Shown here: one piece after another, positions 22,187-33,871 of the stretch | How positions within the stretch are numbered: the first letter of the stretch is position 1 | How the letters are laid out: every line of letters begins with the position of its first letter | Assembly: GCA_043228905.1 (NCBI GenBank) | Contig: JBHGNT010000036.1 | Location: 124,001-188,000, forward strand | Direction of reading: 5' to 3' | DNA length: 64,000 nucleotides | From: Azolla caroliniana | Lineage: Eukaryota > Plantae > Polypodiophyta | Notes under the pieces: model-generated | Told to the model about the DNA's origin: nothing | What the model saw: the letters and a program-made list of their open reading frames with translations, nothing else | The model's database searches: none | Made by a program: the position numbers and the translations under genes

Positions 22187-24907
22187 ATGATACATCTCTT
22201 TTCGTCTTTCACTCCATAAATGACATCTATTTGATGAAATGTGGAATTGCAAGCTTTAAGTACAATGGCTTATGGTCCGAGTCCGGAGATAAAGAGCCAA
22301 CCTTAAACACATTCACCAATGATAGATCACAAGCCGACATTAATGTGTAATCAACCACACTTCCTCCACATGAGGATGGTAAACATGTGAGGACATTTGT
22401 CAATGGGAATGACTTTATACCATTTAGGATAATCCAGTTTGTGCAATTTCGCATATGTATCAAAAGTTTTCCATAATCTGACATGACACAATCCTTTGAG
22501 TCACACAATAGACAATGATCTACTACAGTTTCTCCAGATGTCTCCATATTTTGGAAATTTCCAACTCTTGCATGAAAGTCTCCCATCATTAACACTTTAC
22601 CAAGCTTCTCAAATGAAAGTATATCATGGCATAATTCTATAAAAGGATCATTACAATAGTTTCCCATAATTAACACTTTACCAAGCTCCTCAAATGAAAG
22701 TATATCATGGCATAATTCTGTAAAAGGATCATTACAATCTAACCCAAACCTATTGTAGTAGTTTGAGTCAGTGTGAGGAATGTAACATGCAACTATATAT
22801 AGCTTCTCTTTCCCCAAATTAATCGCTATCCATATGTATCACTTATAGTCGTCATATTTGCAGACTTTGATAGAGTTATCTAAGCTCTCATGGTAGATAA
22901 ATGCTATATCCTGGCACGCCCAATATTCCCTTTGGAATGAGGCCATATCGATTTTATGGGGTAACCATCTATCTTAGGTATACGTTTGGCCTCATGCTCC
23001 CATGTTTCAGCCAAAAAAATAATATCCATACCTTGAGCTACATCATTGAGTCCTAAACCTTTATTCCATGGATATCCTCGACAATTCCAAAACATTACTT
23101 TCAATCTTGAAGTATTTATGGTTCTATAGGTCATTGATTGCTATGCATTTTGATTTGCTTTCCTAGATGCATATGCTTGCCTTCTACGTTTTTGATCTTG
23201 TAGAGTTCTATCCTCTATTACAAAGAAACTTGTCCCTTTTAGGTACACCTTATTACTATCTAGAATGATGTTGCTCCTTTATGCTAATCTAGGATTGTAC
23301 AAACAATAGCTCAAGATGACTTTCCCTCTTGCTGCTTTTGCCAACCCTATGTGCGGCATATACAATAACATCTCGTATAGCAAAGTGTCCTTCAAAGAAT
23401 TTTCTAATATTCTCAGCAAGAGATAATGTATTCTCTATTTCATTCTCTTGCATACCTCTAATGACAACATTATTCTTTCTTTTTGCTATTTCATGTTACT
23501 CCTCTGCATCTAACACATCCATGGTATTGGAATGCCTTTGCGTGATTTTTGGTGTTTCTTTCAAGAGAACATCTTTCCATCTTGTCATGGTCACATTTTC
23601 CTTCCCTTTAATTGTAGATTTTATTTCAGCATTTGCCTTTATTTAAATCTTTTTTTCTCCTTCAAGACCCAACATGTTTCTTTTTATTTTAGGTATCCAA
23701 TTAGCTTGCATTTGAGTAGTCATGTTCTTCATTGCATGTAGTTCTCCGCCCAGAGCTTTAATCTCTAACTCTTGCATTTCCATTTTATGTTCAAGAGTTG
23801 ATTCTCTCTCTTTACAAACATACATTTTGCTTTGCATATTCACCACTGTCTCTTGAAATGAGATATACATACCTGCCATCTTTTCCATTGACATTTGACA
23901 AAGTATGAGGGATGAGGAGAAGAACTCTCCAAGATAAGTTAATTCATTTGCCTTTATATCTCTTTATGACTTGGGTGAATTTGTCTTCGTCCCTTTTTAG
24001 AGTTCTAGGGACACAAGACCTTTTTCTAAGTTCTTCCAAGTCTCTTGCTCTAACATACATCAATGCTCATGTCGGCACTCCTGAAACGTACAATGGGTAC
24101 TTAATAATTCAATATGTTAACTTTATTTTTTAATGTCATTGAAGAAAAACTTAAATGTTCTATTTGAGTCAATAAACTCCTATTGCCATGAGAGGAGAAG
24201 AAGCGCCAAACAATGCATAGACATTGTGCATATATATACATTTACAACATGCATGATAGACCGCATAGGTTAAAATGAATGAAAGTTTGATGCATAAAAG
24301 GATATTAATAATAGTACTCAAGGGCCTCTTGAGAATGTAGGATGCCATATGATTCACCTTTTAAAGAAAATTCGACAAGGAAAAGGAGCGTGTTCACATT
24401 GCAAGTTTGCTTTTAGGAACATGGTTCAAATGACTTTTTGAAGATAAAGCTAATTCAACAAACGTCATATGACAAAGAACATTTATAGCACGCTTGTATG
24501 TTGCAATTTAACACAATAACAATATGTAACCTAGTAAACCAAGATGTACAACCGTTGCCTTTTATATATCATACAAACAACTTTGGATGTCCCCACACAC
24601 AAAAGTATTGCACTTACCTTGTTGGATTTTTCAATAAACGAAATACATAAAGATGATGGAATAGTAGTGAAGGTAGTGCATTGCAATGTTAATTAAGGTT
24701 ATGGTTTCTTTTCACAAGCTGAGTTCGTGAGTTTGTGCACAATCAATGAGAACATTAGCACTTTCCGTTAAAAGGCAAAGAAGACATGTTAGAATGTAGA
24801 TCAACCTTGAAATGTATGATCAAGAGATGGAGACAGAAGAAGACATTTCATTTAACAATAGTTTTTGCATAGGAGAAAGACCATTGCCTAAACATAAACG
24901 TTATTCG

Positions 24908-25213
24908 GCCACATACATAACATACATACATACACACACACATAAATACATACATACATACATTTAACATACATACATTAACATACATACATACATACAT
25001 TTAACATACATACATACACATACATACATACATTTAACATACATACATACACATACATACATTAACATACATACATACACAAATACATACATTTAACATA
25101 CATACATACACATACATACATTAACATACATACCTACAGGCTACATACGTACACACACGCATACATCCATACATTATACATACATACATACACACACACC
25201 ACCACGACTAGTT

Positions 25214-25270
<57 letters not shown>

Positions 25271-25272
25271 TC
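24908..25272. repeat. Compound (ACAT)n/(CA)n then (CT)n microsatellites upstream of the F-box gene
   Basis: Seen directly. Confidence 0.92.
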
Positions 25273-25320
25273 TTTCTGTGTACCCCCGCCATTTCGATCA
25301 GAAGAGGAGAAAGAGGAACT

Positions 25321-25522
25321 CCATCCATCCATCCATCCATTTTGGCTGCTGTCTGTCATATTGACCTGGATTAATCCAATCCATTTTGGCTGCTGTCTGT
25401 TATATATTGACCTGGATCCATCCATCCATTCCATCGATTGATCCAATCCATTTTGGCTGCTGTCTGTCATATTGACCTGGATCCATCCATCCATTCCATC
25501 CATCCATCCATCCATCCATCCA
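25321..25522. repeat. Three copies of CCATTTTGGCTGCTGTCTGT(C/T)ATATTGACCTGGAT in (CCAT)n
   Basis: Copies at ~25337, ~25381 and ~25448. Confidence 0.85.
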
Positions 25523-25560
25523 TCGAGAGGAGAACAGGAAGAGCAGATAGATTAGATTAC

Positions 25561-27636
25561 ATGGCTTCTGTGTTCTCCTCCTTACTCGACCTTCCAGAGG
25601 ACGTTTTGGCATATCTCTCTGCCTCCCTATCCCCCAGAGACCTCTGCAACCTCGGCTTCACCTGCAAGAAGCTTCACAACATCTGCACATCTGACAAGTT
25701 ATGGCTGCCTCATTGCAAGTCTGCGCTCCAGCCCAGCAGCGGACAGCACCATGCTTCCTCTTCCAATTGCATAGACCTTGCCTCCTGGTGGCTCATCGTA
25801 CGCTCTTACAAGTCGATCTTTCGGTTCATCCTCTCTGTTCGGCCGCTGCTGGGCATTTGGGTTCATCAAAACCCTGAGCCTGGCAACCTTGTCTTCGTCA
25901 CATGGGGCCACCTCTCTGTTGTGGGATGCCGTATCATACCCCAAGAACTAGGTCCCACTGGCATCGACTCCGGTCTCCTCTGGGCGCCTGTCTTCGAAAT
26001 CATGGGCGCTGCTGATGGATCCCTTGCCTTCTTCTTACATGGGCGGGAGGGTGAGAGAGATTGTTGCTACCCTGGCTGTTTCAACGGAGCCAAGGAAGGT
26101 TCCAATGTTCTCCTGCTAGAAGCCGAGCCTCGATCCCGCCTTGCCGGTTCGCCTTCTTCTTCATCATCATCATCATTATCTTCTTCGTCTTCGTCTTCTT
26201 CGGATGGTAACATTTGTGATGTCATGGGTGACACAGATGACATGGATGCTTCGTTGACTTTTGATGATTTTAGGATGCTGGCCAGACATGGTTGTAATCT
26301 CACTAAAGACAAAGAACCCTTTGGCCCTGTTTCTTTTCAACGCCTTCATTTTGCAGATAGGAAGAAGATGCTCGACGCCATTGCGAAGCATGTCCGCCTC
26401 AAGATTCCACAGCCTTTTGTGGAACCAATGTTTCCGAAGGCAAGGGGCAGAGTAAGAAGAGCAGAGAACATCGATTATCTCCCTATGCAAGAGACGATTC
26501 AGAAAGAGGCTGTTGAATTGGACGAGAGAAGGTCGCTCCTTCTCCGGATGTACAACTCGGGTGATCCTCACAGTAGGCGCCCACCAACCATAACCCATTA
26601 TAATGGCATCAATTCAAACTATCTCCTCGACAAAATGTGCAATCCTGCTGACTATACCAGTGGCTTGCTGAGCACGAAACCCCATGGTGATAACCAGAAA
26701 AATAAAGGAAGAGCAACAGAGACTGCACCTGCGTCTTCGTCTTCATCCTTAGAAATTAGTGCAGATGCTCGCAGAAACGGTGCACGACCTGAGGTTCCCC
26801 AAAAACTTCAGCTAGCAAAGATCATAAGGGAGAAGATGAAGCAGATCATCAGAATGGGTAAGAACGATGAAGTGGGTAACCCCACCAATTGTAAGGGGAA
26901 CTCGGGATTGAAACGTGTTCTTTTTCTGCAACAATTTGCAAAGCAAGGAGACAGTGTTGCCCTACGCTTGCATGCTAGGCACTGGGACTTGAAGACCTAT
27001 CAGGCATGGCCACTGATGCCGGAAAATCGATTTGCTATCTATAAGATGCCTGAACAGATGCCTCTAAAAGGCAGAGAACTTGCTGGGTTGTGGGGTGGAA
27101 CCTTTGGATGGCCACCAGAAAAACCCTCCGAGGATAAGCAAGGAAAGGCATTGTATTTTCTGCTGTTATCTTATGATGAGACACAGGAGGGTCGCTTCTT
27201 AACAGCAACCAAGATTTTGGAAGGCACGCACTATGTCTCGCACCCTAATGGCTCCCCTATGTTTACTGCCAATGTTGATGAACCCTCTTCACAAGCTTTT
27301 CCATGGCATACTGATAGAGACGATACACCTGTTGACATTGTGCAGGCATTCGAGGGAGAAGGCATTGCGAGTGGCTATGGCTTTCGCTACCCTAGCTCCA
27401 AACCCGGCGATCTTTTTGTTATGAGTAAAGGATCGCTAGCATTTGTATGGCGAGAAGCACAGAATGTCTTAGTACTACAGAGGTTAGACTTGCAAACCTT
27501 GCTTGAGAAAGGGGATAGGGTAGCAGCACTTGGTCCAATTGCCAACTATGCTTATCTTATAAAGTCCCTTGCCAATGTGTATGCCGGGTTTTGTGGTTTT
27601 GGTAACAGAGGTAAAGCTGAAATGCCTCCTGTGTAA
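25561..27636 (+). CDS. F-box protein, At5g39450-like, single exon, ~691 aa
   Basis: F-box LLDLPEDVLAYL..LSPRDLCNL..CKKL..D.LW; family-like motifs LLGIWVHQNPE.GN, CRIIPQELGP, AGLWGGTFGWP, ATKILEGT.YV.HPNGS, GIA.GYGFRYP..KPG. First ATG after the repeats is at 25561. Confidence 0.9.
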   Translation: MASVFSSLLDLPEDVLAYLSASLSPRDLCNLGFTCKKLHNICTSDKLWLPHCKSALQPSSGQHHASSSNCIDLASWWLIVRSYKSIFRFILSVRPLLGIWVHQNPEPGNLVFVTWGHLSVVGCRIIPQELGPTGIDSGLLWAPVFEIMGAADGSLAFFLHGREGERDCCYPGCFNGAKEGSNVLLLEAEPRSRLAGSPSSSSSSSLSSSSSSSSDGNICDVMGDTDDMDASLTFDDFRMLARHGCNLTKDKEPFGPVSFQRLHFADRKKMLDAIAKHVRLKIPQPFVEPMFPKARGRVRRAENIDYLPMQETIQKEAVELDERRSLLLRMYNSGDPHSRRPPTITHYNGINSNYLLDKMCNPADYTSGLLSTKPHGDNQKNKGRATETAPASSSSSLEISADARRNGARPEVPQKLQLAKIIREKMKQIIRMGKNDEVGNPTNCKGNSGLKRVLFLQQFAKQGDSVALRLHARHWDLKTYQAWPLMPENRFAIYKMPEQMPLKGRELAGLWGGTFGWPPEKPSEDKQGKALYFLLLSYDETQEGRFLTATKILEGTHYVSHPNGSPMFTANVDEPSSQAFPWHTDRDDTPVDIVQAFEGEGIASGYGFRYPSSKPGDLFVMSKGSLAFVWREAQNVLVLQRLDLQTLLEKGDRVAALGPIANYAYLIKSLANVYAGFCGFGNRGKAEMPPV

Positions 27637-30600
27637 AGAATAAGCTCTCTTTCTTGTAACACAGCCTATCCTTGTTCAGCTTAAGGGACACAACTGTCTC
27701 TCTTTCCCTCCATCTATAAAGAATGGATGTTTTTGTGGATGTTTATTTGGGGGAATTCCTTCAGTCTGGTATTGCAGAATGTATAAGTAAAGAAAAGCCT
27801 TATATATCACGCGGCTATCCGCACATTCTTGTATCTCAACTGGCTCATTTTAGCAAACCTCATTTCTGCAGTGTTTTAATGTAAACTGCTAAATTAAAAG
27901 ATTCTGTTTTTCACTTATCCTTCTGTAGCTGGTAAGATGGGAACATTTGTTTTTGTTTCTGCTGAGATGAGCTTGATCCTCTGAAGACATGCAATGAAGA
28001 AGTTGGTGCTTGCCGTTTAGTTTTCAGATTTTCTCTATCAATCTATTCCAAGGACCTTTTGACATCATGAAACCGTCCGTAAGAAGTAGCAAGATTTGTG
28101 CTAAAATCCTTGGTTAGGGCAGGATAGTAAGGCATACCTAGAAACAATCGAGTAATCAATGTACTATAGTACCAATGATGTCAAGGAACATGGAGCATAC
28201 CACACACTTACAAGATCCACGGACTGGAGACATTTAAGAGTGAACAAAGAAAAGAGAGCTTGAAAAGAGAGTTTGGAAGATGTTACATATTGATTATAAC
28301 GTCCATCTTAAACCAGATGCGTTTGGCTTTTGGCCCTAAATATGTTGTGGCCTGTTGGTGTGGCAAAAATGCATCTAAAAAAAGTTCATGATTCTTAGCA
28401 GCAGCTTCAGCAAAGAAGGTGATGATGATGTTGAGGAGGAAGTGGAAAGTCCAGCTTCAGAAGGCTTTTCATCTGACTCGATAAAATTTTAGTTTCTTCT
28501 TTGTTTGTTGTTTTGTTAGTTTGGGGAACAAGTGGATTTTGCTATGCTAGATTATGTCTAAAACTGTTGTCTATTAAGTTTCTGGATCCATAATCCGTTT
28601 TGCATGTTAAGGCTGTTATAGATCAAGATATTTGCCAATAAAAATATTTAATCTACAAGCACATCAATCAATCTAGATTTTTGATGTATTGCTGCTAATC
28701 CATCCCGCTTAAAATGTGTTATGGTATTGACACATTTTTAAGATCAAACAACTTTATATTTTTGTTCATCAAGCATTGCCATGATAATCCAAGATCTTTC
28801 TAAGTTTTGATAAGTGAAAATTTACATGTATTAAGAAGATATGGACTATGCGCATATTTATTTAACAAGGACAAAAGGAGTTCAAGAATATCATTACCCA
28901 AGCATCTTGGACTGCATGAGATATTGACAAAATTTCTCGTACCAATGTTCACACTACATAGAGGACATGAGTTGATGTCTTCATCTTGATTAAAATGTAT
29001 AAAAAGCAGAATTGGACAATTGAAGATTTTTTGAAATTTTATCCATGTCTTGATTTTACGGCCAAAATGACAATTTTCAACAAGCTCGCTTTACAAATGT
29101 CAAGATAGCTATTTTTAAGACAAAGACTGAGTGAACTTCTAAGCTATGCTTCACATGCTAAGCCAAGTAATAGTGGATATGCTTGTATTAGTTACATGTC
29201 AATTGACAAAAAAGTCTCTCTTTGTCTCATGAGTCATCGCACGATGAAGGGTAAACTAAGCCAACACATCCATTCGCTCAAAATTCACATTTGTTTCTCC
29301 ATAAGGAAACTGTTATTTGTGAATTCCTTTCCTGAAGGTTAACCCTAATCAAGAGACCATTTTCTTATAAAGTTGGGAAAATTTTACTTCCAGGAAATTT
29401 GGTGTAAGCAAATCCATAGAAACCCAGAAACGTCAATCTTGGATTGTATGTGTTGGGCAACTAACAAACGAACTAGACCAATCAAGGAATTAGAGACGAC
29501 CATAACCGGGGAAGAAGCCAGAATCAGAGTCCTCAGAACCAGGACAAATCGGGGACGAAGCAATTAAATAAATAATGGATGTAACTGATCTATGAAAACT
29601 CCATATCCTTCCTCTAAGAATGATTGTAGAGCTGTTTATGAATGTCTCCACAGTGGGCTTAACTTTACCAAGGATGTCTGATCAATGACTACCTAATCCT
29701 CTGTTTCTCTAAGGAACTTCTCTCCTACACGATTTAGCTTTATTAATAATTAACTATCTCGCTTCATTAATCATCAACTATTTAGCTTCATTAACAACTT
29801 GAAGCACATATGTAAACCAGATCATATAGCTTATTTATCACACTTCTTAAAGAAAATGTATGATTACAAATAATCATATCCTGAAAATTTCCAGTCATTT
29901 TTCTATGGTATAATCAAAGCATCCTCCCATAGGTTCATGTTCCAGTGGTTTCATCTTTTATATGTAAGGATAATCTTCCCAAAGCACAGCTTTAGCATAT
30001 GATTTGCTTGGTTCCCCTATCATGACTCCCCAATCCATTATAAAAGCTAAAGCTATACTCAAACAATGCATACTAGGGTGCCCGTAGCAACCAACCACTC
30101 GAAACTCAACCAAAGATCATATTGGAGTCATCATCTCAAAAGAGCTCCAGGGAGAGATCAACTTTTCATCTGATATAGTACCTGAGATTGACCATAGACT
30201 GTACCTTTTACTTTCTAGGGAGACATCCTTTCACCACCAACTCAATCATCACAAATCTAGGTAGAGTAAAGGCCGCATAAGAAGATTAGATTTTCAATGT
30301 GCCAATGATTTTGTGTTTGTCAAGGAACAAGACATCACTTTGGATTATAGAATTGCATCAAATGCAGATTCAGCTCCAAACAGATGTTAAGGGGGCTTAT
30401 GAAACACAATTCCCTTAATGACAGTGTACCCTGAGAATCTTGGTCTCCCATAACTTTATCTATGTTATATGTCTTAACTCCAGGAAAATGGAGGCAATGT
30501 TGAAGCATTAGCAGTTTCTTTACAAGGATACACTGATGACGCATATAGATATTTGATCTGCAGCTGATTAATGCAATGTTCACATAACCATCTTACATGC

Positions 30601-32766
30601 ATGCTAGCTAATAAGCCAGGGTTTTGATAAGCGGTCCATTACGCCTAAAACCTGGAGCTGTTAAAAGTCTGCATTGCCCATAGAAATAAGGAAAAACAAT
30701 CAAGTTATTTGGACACATTTCACAGATAAATCCAATGTTGCATTAAACACACATTAACATGTATGTATGTGGAGAGACTTTGCAATTGTGGAAGATGGGA
30801 CTATCAGAACAACATATATTGTTGACATACATAAATAAAAAAACATGTAAAGTTATCCGCAAATTACCACCGCTCAGTACATGTAACACCAAGACCCTGA
30901 TGATGCAGGGCAATACAATGATATCTCACTCACTACGTGACTGATCTAAATATTTGATTCTAGATATTTTTTGGGTGGGGCGATACAGGTGCTATCCATC
31001 TTCATTATCATCGCCCACACTTCTACCTGCTCGCCTTTCCCTCCAGCGACCCCATAGCCATCGACCCACCATGAAAGCGCCGAGGGCATATACCTGCATC
31101 AGAAACCAGAATTACCGACTTTTTTCAAAGAGGGGAAGCAACAACATGGTTAGAGATGCCAAGAGTCACAAACCTGCCAGAGGTTTCGAGAGGACTGGTG
31201 GTCGTCTATGTCATCCACATGGAGGGAGAGAGATGGATCGCTGGTGGGTCGAGAACGAGGCATCCGAACAACACTCACACGCGTGGGCCGATCACCACTA
31301 CCCGAGCCCCATTCCTTCCCCTCCTCCTTCCTGCTTCTAGGTGTTATCAACTCTCCTGCTCCTGCTCCTGCTGCATCTGCATCCATGGCCTTCATCTTCA
31401 CAACCATGGCCGTGGGCTGCTGTTTTTCTGCTGCATCATCATCCTTCGTCTTCTTCATCTCGGACCACGCCATCGCTTCAGTGCAGCTTTTGTGGATTTT
31501 GTTTGCTGTAGGATTCAATTGGCTTGGAGTTTTGGGCGTTTGGCAGAGACATGATCAAAGATGGACCAACTAACTTACTTATTTCTCTCTACCGTCTAAG
31601 GCCAACCAAAAAGTTTAGTGCCACCCATCTTTGGTCACTTGCCCAAATCTTTTTTCCTTGGGGCGAGGTTGGGATTGTAAGCATAATCGATCATCTCGAA
31701 GGTCTTCATTGTCATAATTCCATTGAATTATGTGGATTATTAATTGCATTACAATCATAGATCATGGGTTTTTTTTGTGATGCCCATTGTCCATCAATAC
31801 AATAATACAAACTAGTGAGTTGTTGATACAATTAGTACCTTGATTGGAAAATAACACAAGACTAGTCATGTAGGAAACTATCTCTTCATATGGCTAATGT
31901 GTCTTGTGCAATAATAAAATAAATAGGCCATGGTTTATTTTCAAGCGCTAGCTAGCCTCCTTACTTCATGAAAGAAAGAAAAATAAACCTCCTCTTGCCT
32001 TGTTAGATCAACCTGTCCTTCACAACATATTAATAGAAGAGTGTGGGATAGCTTTTGTTTCGTCGTGGTAACGCCTAAAAGCCATTTTGCGAGATTTGGC
32101 TCAACACATTCACCAATATCCATGACCCCTCAAAGGGTGAGAGACTTACCTTGTCCTCTCAAGGTCTCAGGAGAACTATGAGCAGTACTTACACCCCTGC
32201 ATCACTAAGCCCAAATTTTATCCATGTTCGATTTATAGGCCTTGTAACCCTTCTATCATTGCACTAAAAGAGTGATTTTTGTTCAACCTTATGAAACCAT
32301 TGCATGCCAAACGGCTCATGCATTACCATGGGCAAGCAAACTCTATTGGAGTTGAAAGGCTTCACTATATATATTTTTCTCGATTGGTTGAGATGTGTCA
32401 CATATCACATGGAAGACAAGTATAAATAAATTCCTTTAGAAGCCACCCATCATCTTTTATCATTATCTCCATGTAAATAAACTCCATTCGTTCATAATTG
32501 AATGGAAACTATGATTGTTGTACTAGGTCATAACTATAGTTAGGAACTTTGGAAGATTGACCTTGTCTCCAAGAATAAAAGAACAACACAACCATAGAGC
32601 TCGACATGAGATTGTATAAAATGAACAATGCAAGTAGTGCACACATTTTAATGTTAGTTGATTCCCATTGGCATATATTCTAACCCTGTGCATCTTCTTC
32701 TGAACATATACATAATTTGAATATTAAATTAATTGATGATAGAATTTCAAAAGTACCACTAACAAC

Positions 32767-33174
32767 TGTGACCACAATAACATTATGGGCATTATGGAAA
32801 TATCGATGTAATCGACTTTATGATGGGGTAGACATTCATCTCTCAGATGTACTATTTGAGATACGAGAGAACTTGCTGGCAGTAGTCCGTGGCCAGTATG
32901 ACAATATGCAAGGTTCCCCAAATACTGTGAACAAGAAAAGGAAAAAGCTTCTTCACTTATGGAAAAAGGTGCCCCTGTTTACAATGTCAACTCAAGAGCC
33001 TCAATGGCAATATCGACTTCCATGGACTCTTTCTTGAATATCAACAAATGTAAATATCCTTGTATTTTACAGCATTGTATAAGAAAAGTTGTAACCTCCT
33101 TGGTAGCTAGGTTCAAGATGTAGCCTTCAAGCGCTTTGTTCTTAATACTATTGAAGAAAATCTTTTATAATAAA
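32767..33174 (+). mobile_element. 5'-truncated L1 3' end (408 bp)
   Basis: 18-bp TSD AAAAGTACCACTAACAAC (32749-32766, 33175-33192); A-rich tail; peptide LWALWKYRC..VVRGQYD..WQY resembles the ORF2 C-terminus of the L1 at 55447-55680. Confidence 0.85.
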
Positions 33175-33871
33175 AAAAGTACCACTAACAACAATGTTTT
33201 CATTTATTTTGCAACTACAACTATCTTCTGCATGTTTACTTTGCAAGCTATTGAATCAATTCTCTCTCAATAATAGACATGAAAACTTAAATTGTTCTCT
33301 CGAAATTTTTAAGGTCATTATTGCATATTAGCATTCATCATGCCCAATTAATGTACTTTTTGTGGTAAAATGGAGGATATCAACAAAAGTATTACAAAAT
33401 CCAAATGTAGATGTCAAGAGAGTGTTGTGGGAAGGTGTTGAACCCTTCAGCAACGCAACAAATTGCCCTAAGCAAAACAAACGCAAAAATTGGCAATTGC
33501 TACCATGAAATTTTCGGGGATGAGAAATTGCTAGGACTTTTGTTGATGACTTCATCATAATGCTCAATTCATAATCCCCTCCATGAGTTGGCTCAAGTTC
33601 AGCATTTCTTGACACGTGAGATGAGGACACGTGAATTGTTCGACATTTACATTTACAGCTTCACAATTTAATGGATGTGTCTATCTTACACTTTCCGGAT
33701 TAATATATTGTCAGCATTTAAATTTGTGTTGTATGGATATTATATATATGAGATTGAGTGCAGTTTTAATAACCCTTTTGCTTCTTGTGATGTTAGCATG
33801 TTGTTGATGCAAAAGAGGCATATGAAATGAGGGATGGGTGTGTGTGTATTTGTATGTCCTCAGTTCTGATT

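Larger units (their letters stand above)
7917..24080 (-). mobile_element. LINE B (RTEX/L2-like), decayed; host of the nested cluster
   Basis: ORF1 coiled coil plus KNNVVIRG (~23160-23900); APE endonuclease FWNCRG, FLAETW, MGDFHARVG, SDHKPL (22227-23134); RT CFVDFKEAFD, GVKQGCPL, LYAYD (8384-9025). Reading MHEGVAPT|VENIETAY is continuous across the gypsy insertion. 5' end approximate. Confidence 0.88.

Noticed and set aside
22585-22740. 78-bp in-frame duplication in the LINE B endonuclease
   Set aside because: Real, but a local duplication in an already dead element.
25438-25560. N-terminal extension of the 732-aa ORF
   Set aside because: Non-ATG start running through (CCAT)n repeats; the F-box starts right after ATG 25561.
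29400-29870. Possible solo LTR
   Set aside because: No TG..CA pair with a matching TSD found.
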